Of a stretch of DNA of 20,000 nt, positions 19,673-20,000 are shown one piece after another. Position numbers and translations under genes: made by a program. How positions within the stretch are numbered: the stretch's first letter is position 1; every line of letters starts with the position of its first letter. The notes below the pieces were generated by a model. That model was not told the origin of the DNA. It saw nothing but the letters and a program-made list of their open reading frames with translations, and ran no database searches. This DNA comes from Chiloscyllium plagiosum. Taxonomy: Eukaryota. Location: NCBI RefSeq assembly GCF_004010195.1, contig NC_057719.1, forward strand, positions 35,452,580 to 35,472,579, written 5' to 3'.

Positions 19673-20000
19673 AGCATTCTGGATTAGTGGTGCTGGGAGA
19701 GCACAGCAGTTCAGGCAGCATCCAAGGAGCAGCGAAAAATCGATGTTTCGGGCAAAAGCCCTTCATCAGGAATAAAGGCAGAGAGCCTGAAGCGTGGAGA
19801 GATAAGCTAGAGGAGGGTGGGGAGAAGTAGCATAGACTACAATGGGTGAGTGGGGGAGGGGATGAAGGTGATAAGTCAGTGAGGAGAGGGTGGAGTGGAT
19901 AGGTGGAAAAGGAGATAGGACAAGTCATGGGGACAGTGCTGAGCTGGAAGTTTGGAACTAGGGTGAGGTGGGGGAAGGGGAAATGAGGAAACTGTTGAAG
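19673..20000 (-). mobile_element. Penelope-like pLTR, runs off the window
   Basis: CAGCAG.TCAGGCAGCATCC.AGGAGC plus hammerhead and purine-rich segment, as at 13747-13850 and 16283-16521. Confidence 0.8.
19738..19773 (-). ncRNA. Minimal hammerhead ribozyme motif
   Basis: AUUC-CUGAUGA-A-GGGC-UUUU-GCCC-GAAACAUC-GAUU. Confidence 0.65.

Overview
Repeat-dense vertebrate genomic DNA. HE1-type V-SINEs, a Deu-domain SINE, CR1-clade LINEs and Penelope-like elements point to a cartilaginous fish (inference). The main structure is a three-level nested insertion. An old LINE fragment (about 719-1172, resuming at 9330) is split by a class I (gamma/epsilon-like) endogenous retrovirus at 1173-9325, which has two LTRs, a 4-bp TTTA target duplication, a tRNA-His primer-binding site and a decayed gag (MG start, PPxY, capsid MHR). 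NC, pol, env, the PPT and the start of the 3' U3 are deleted. The gag is interrupted by a near full-length antisense CR1 LINE (3609-8163) with an esterase ORF1, APE+RT ORF2, 108-bp 5' monomers and a 21-bp micro-inversion. The right half holds SINEs, a solo LTR, Penelope-like remnants and palindromes with minimal hammerhead ribozyme cores, an 83-bp polyA retro-insert with a 17-bp TSD, and a candidate multi-CCAAT promoter with a short first coding exon near 18003. No intact cellular gene can be identified. All alignments and counts were done by eye.
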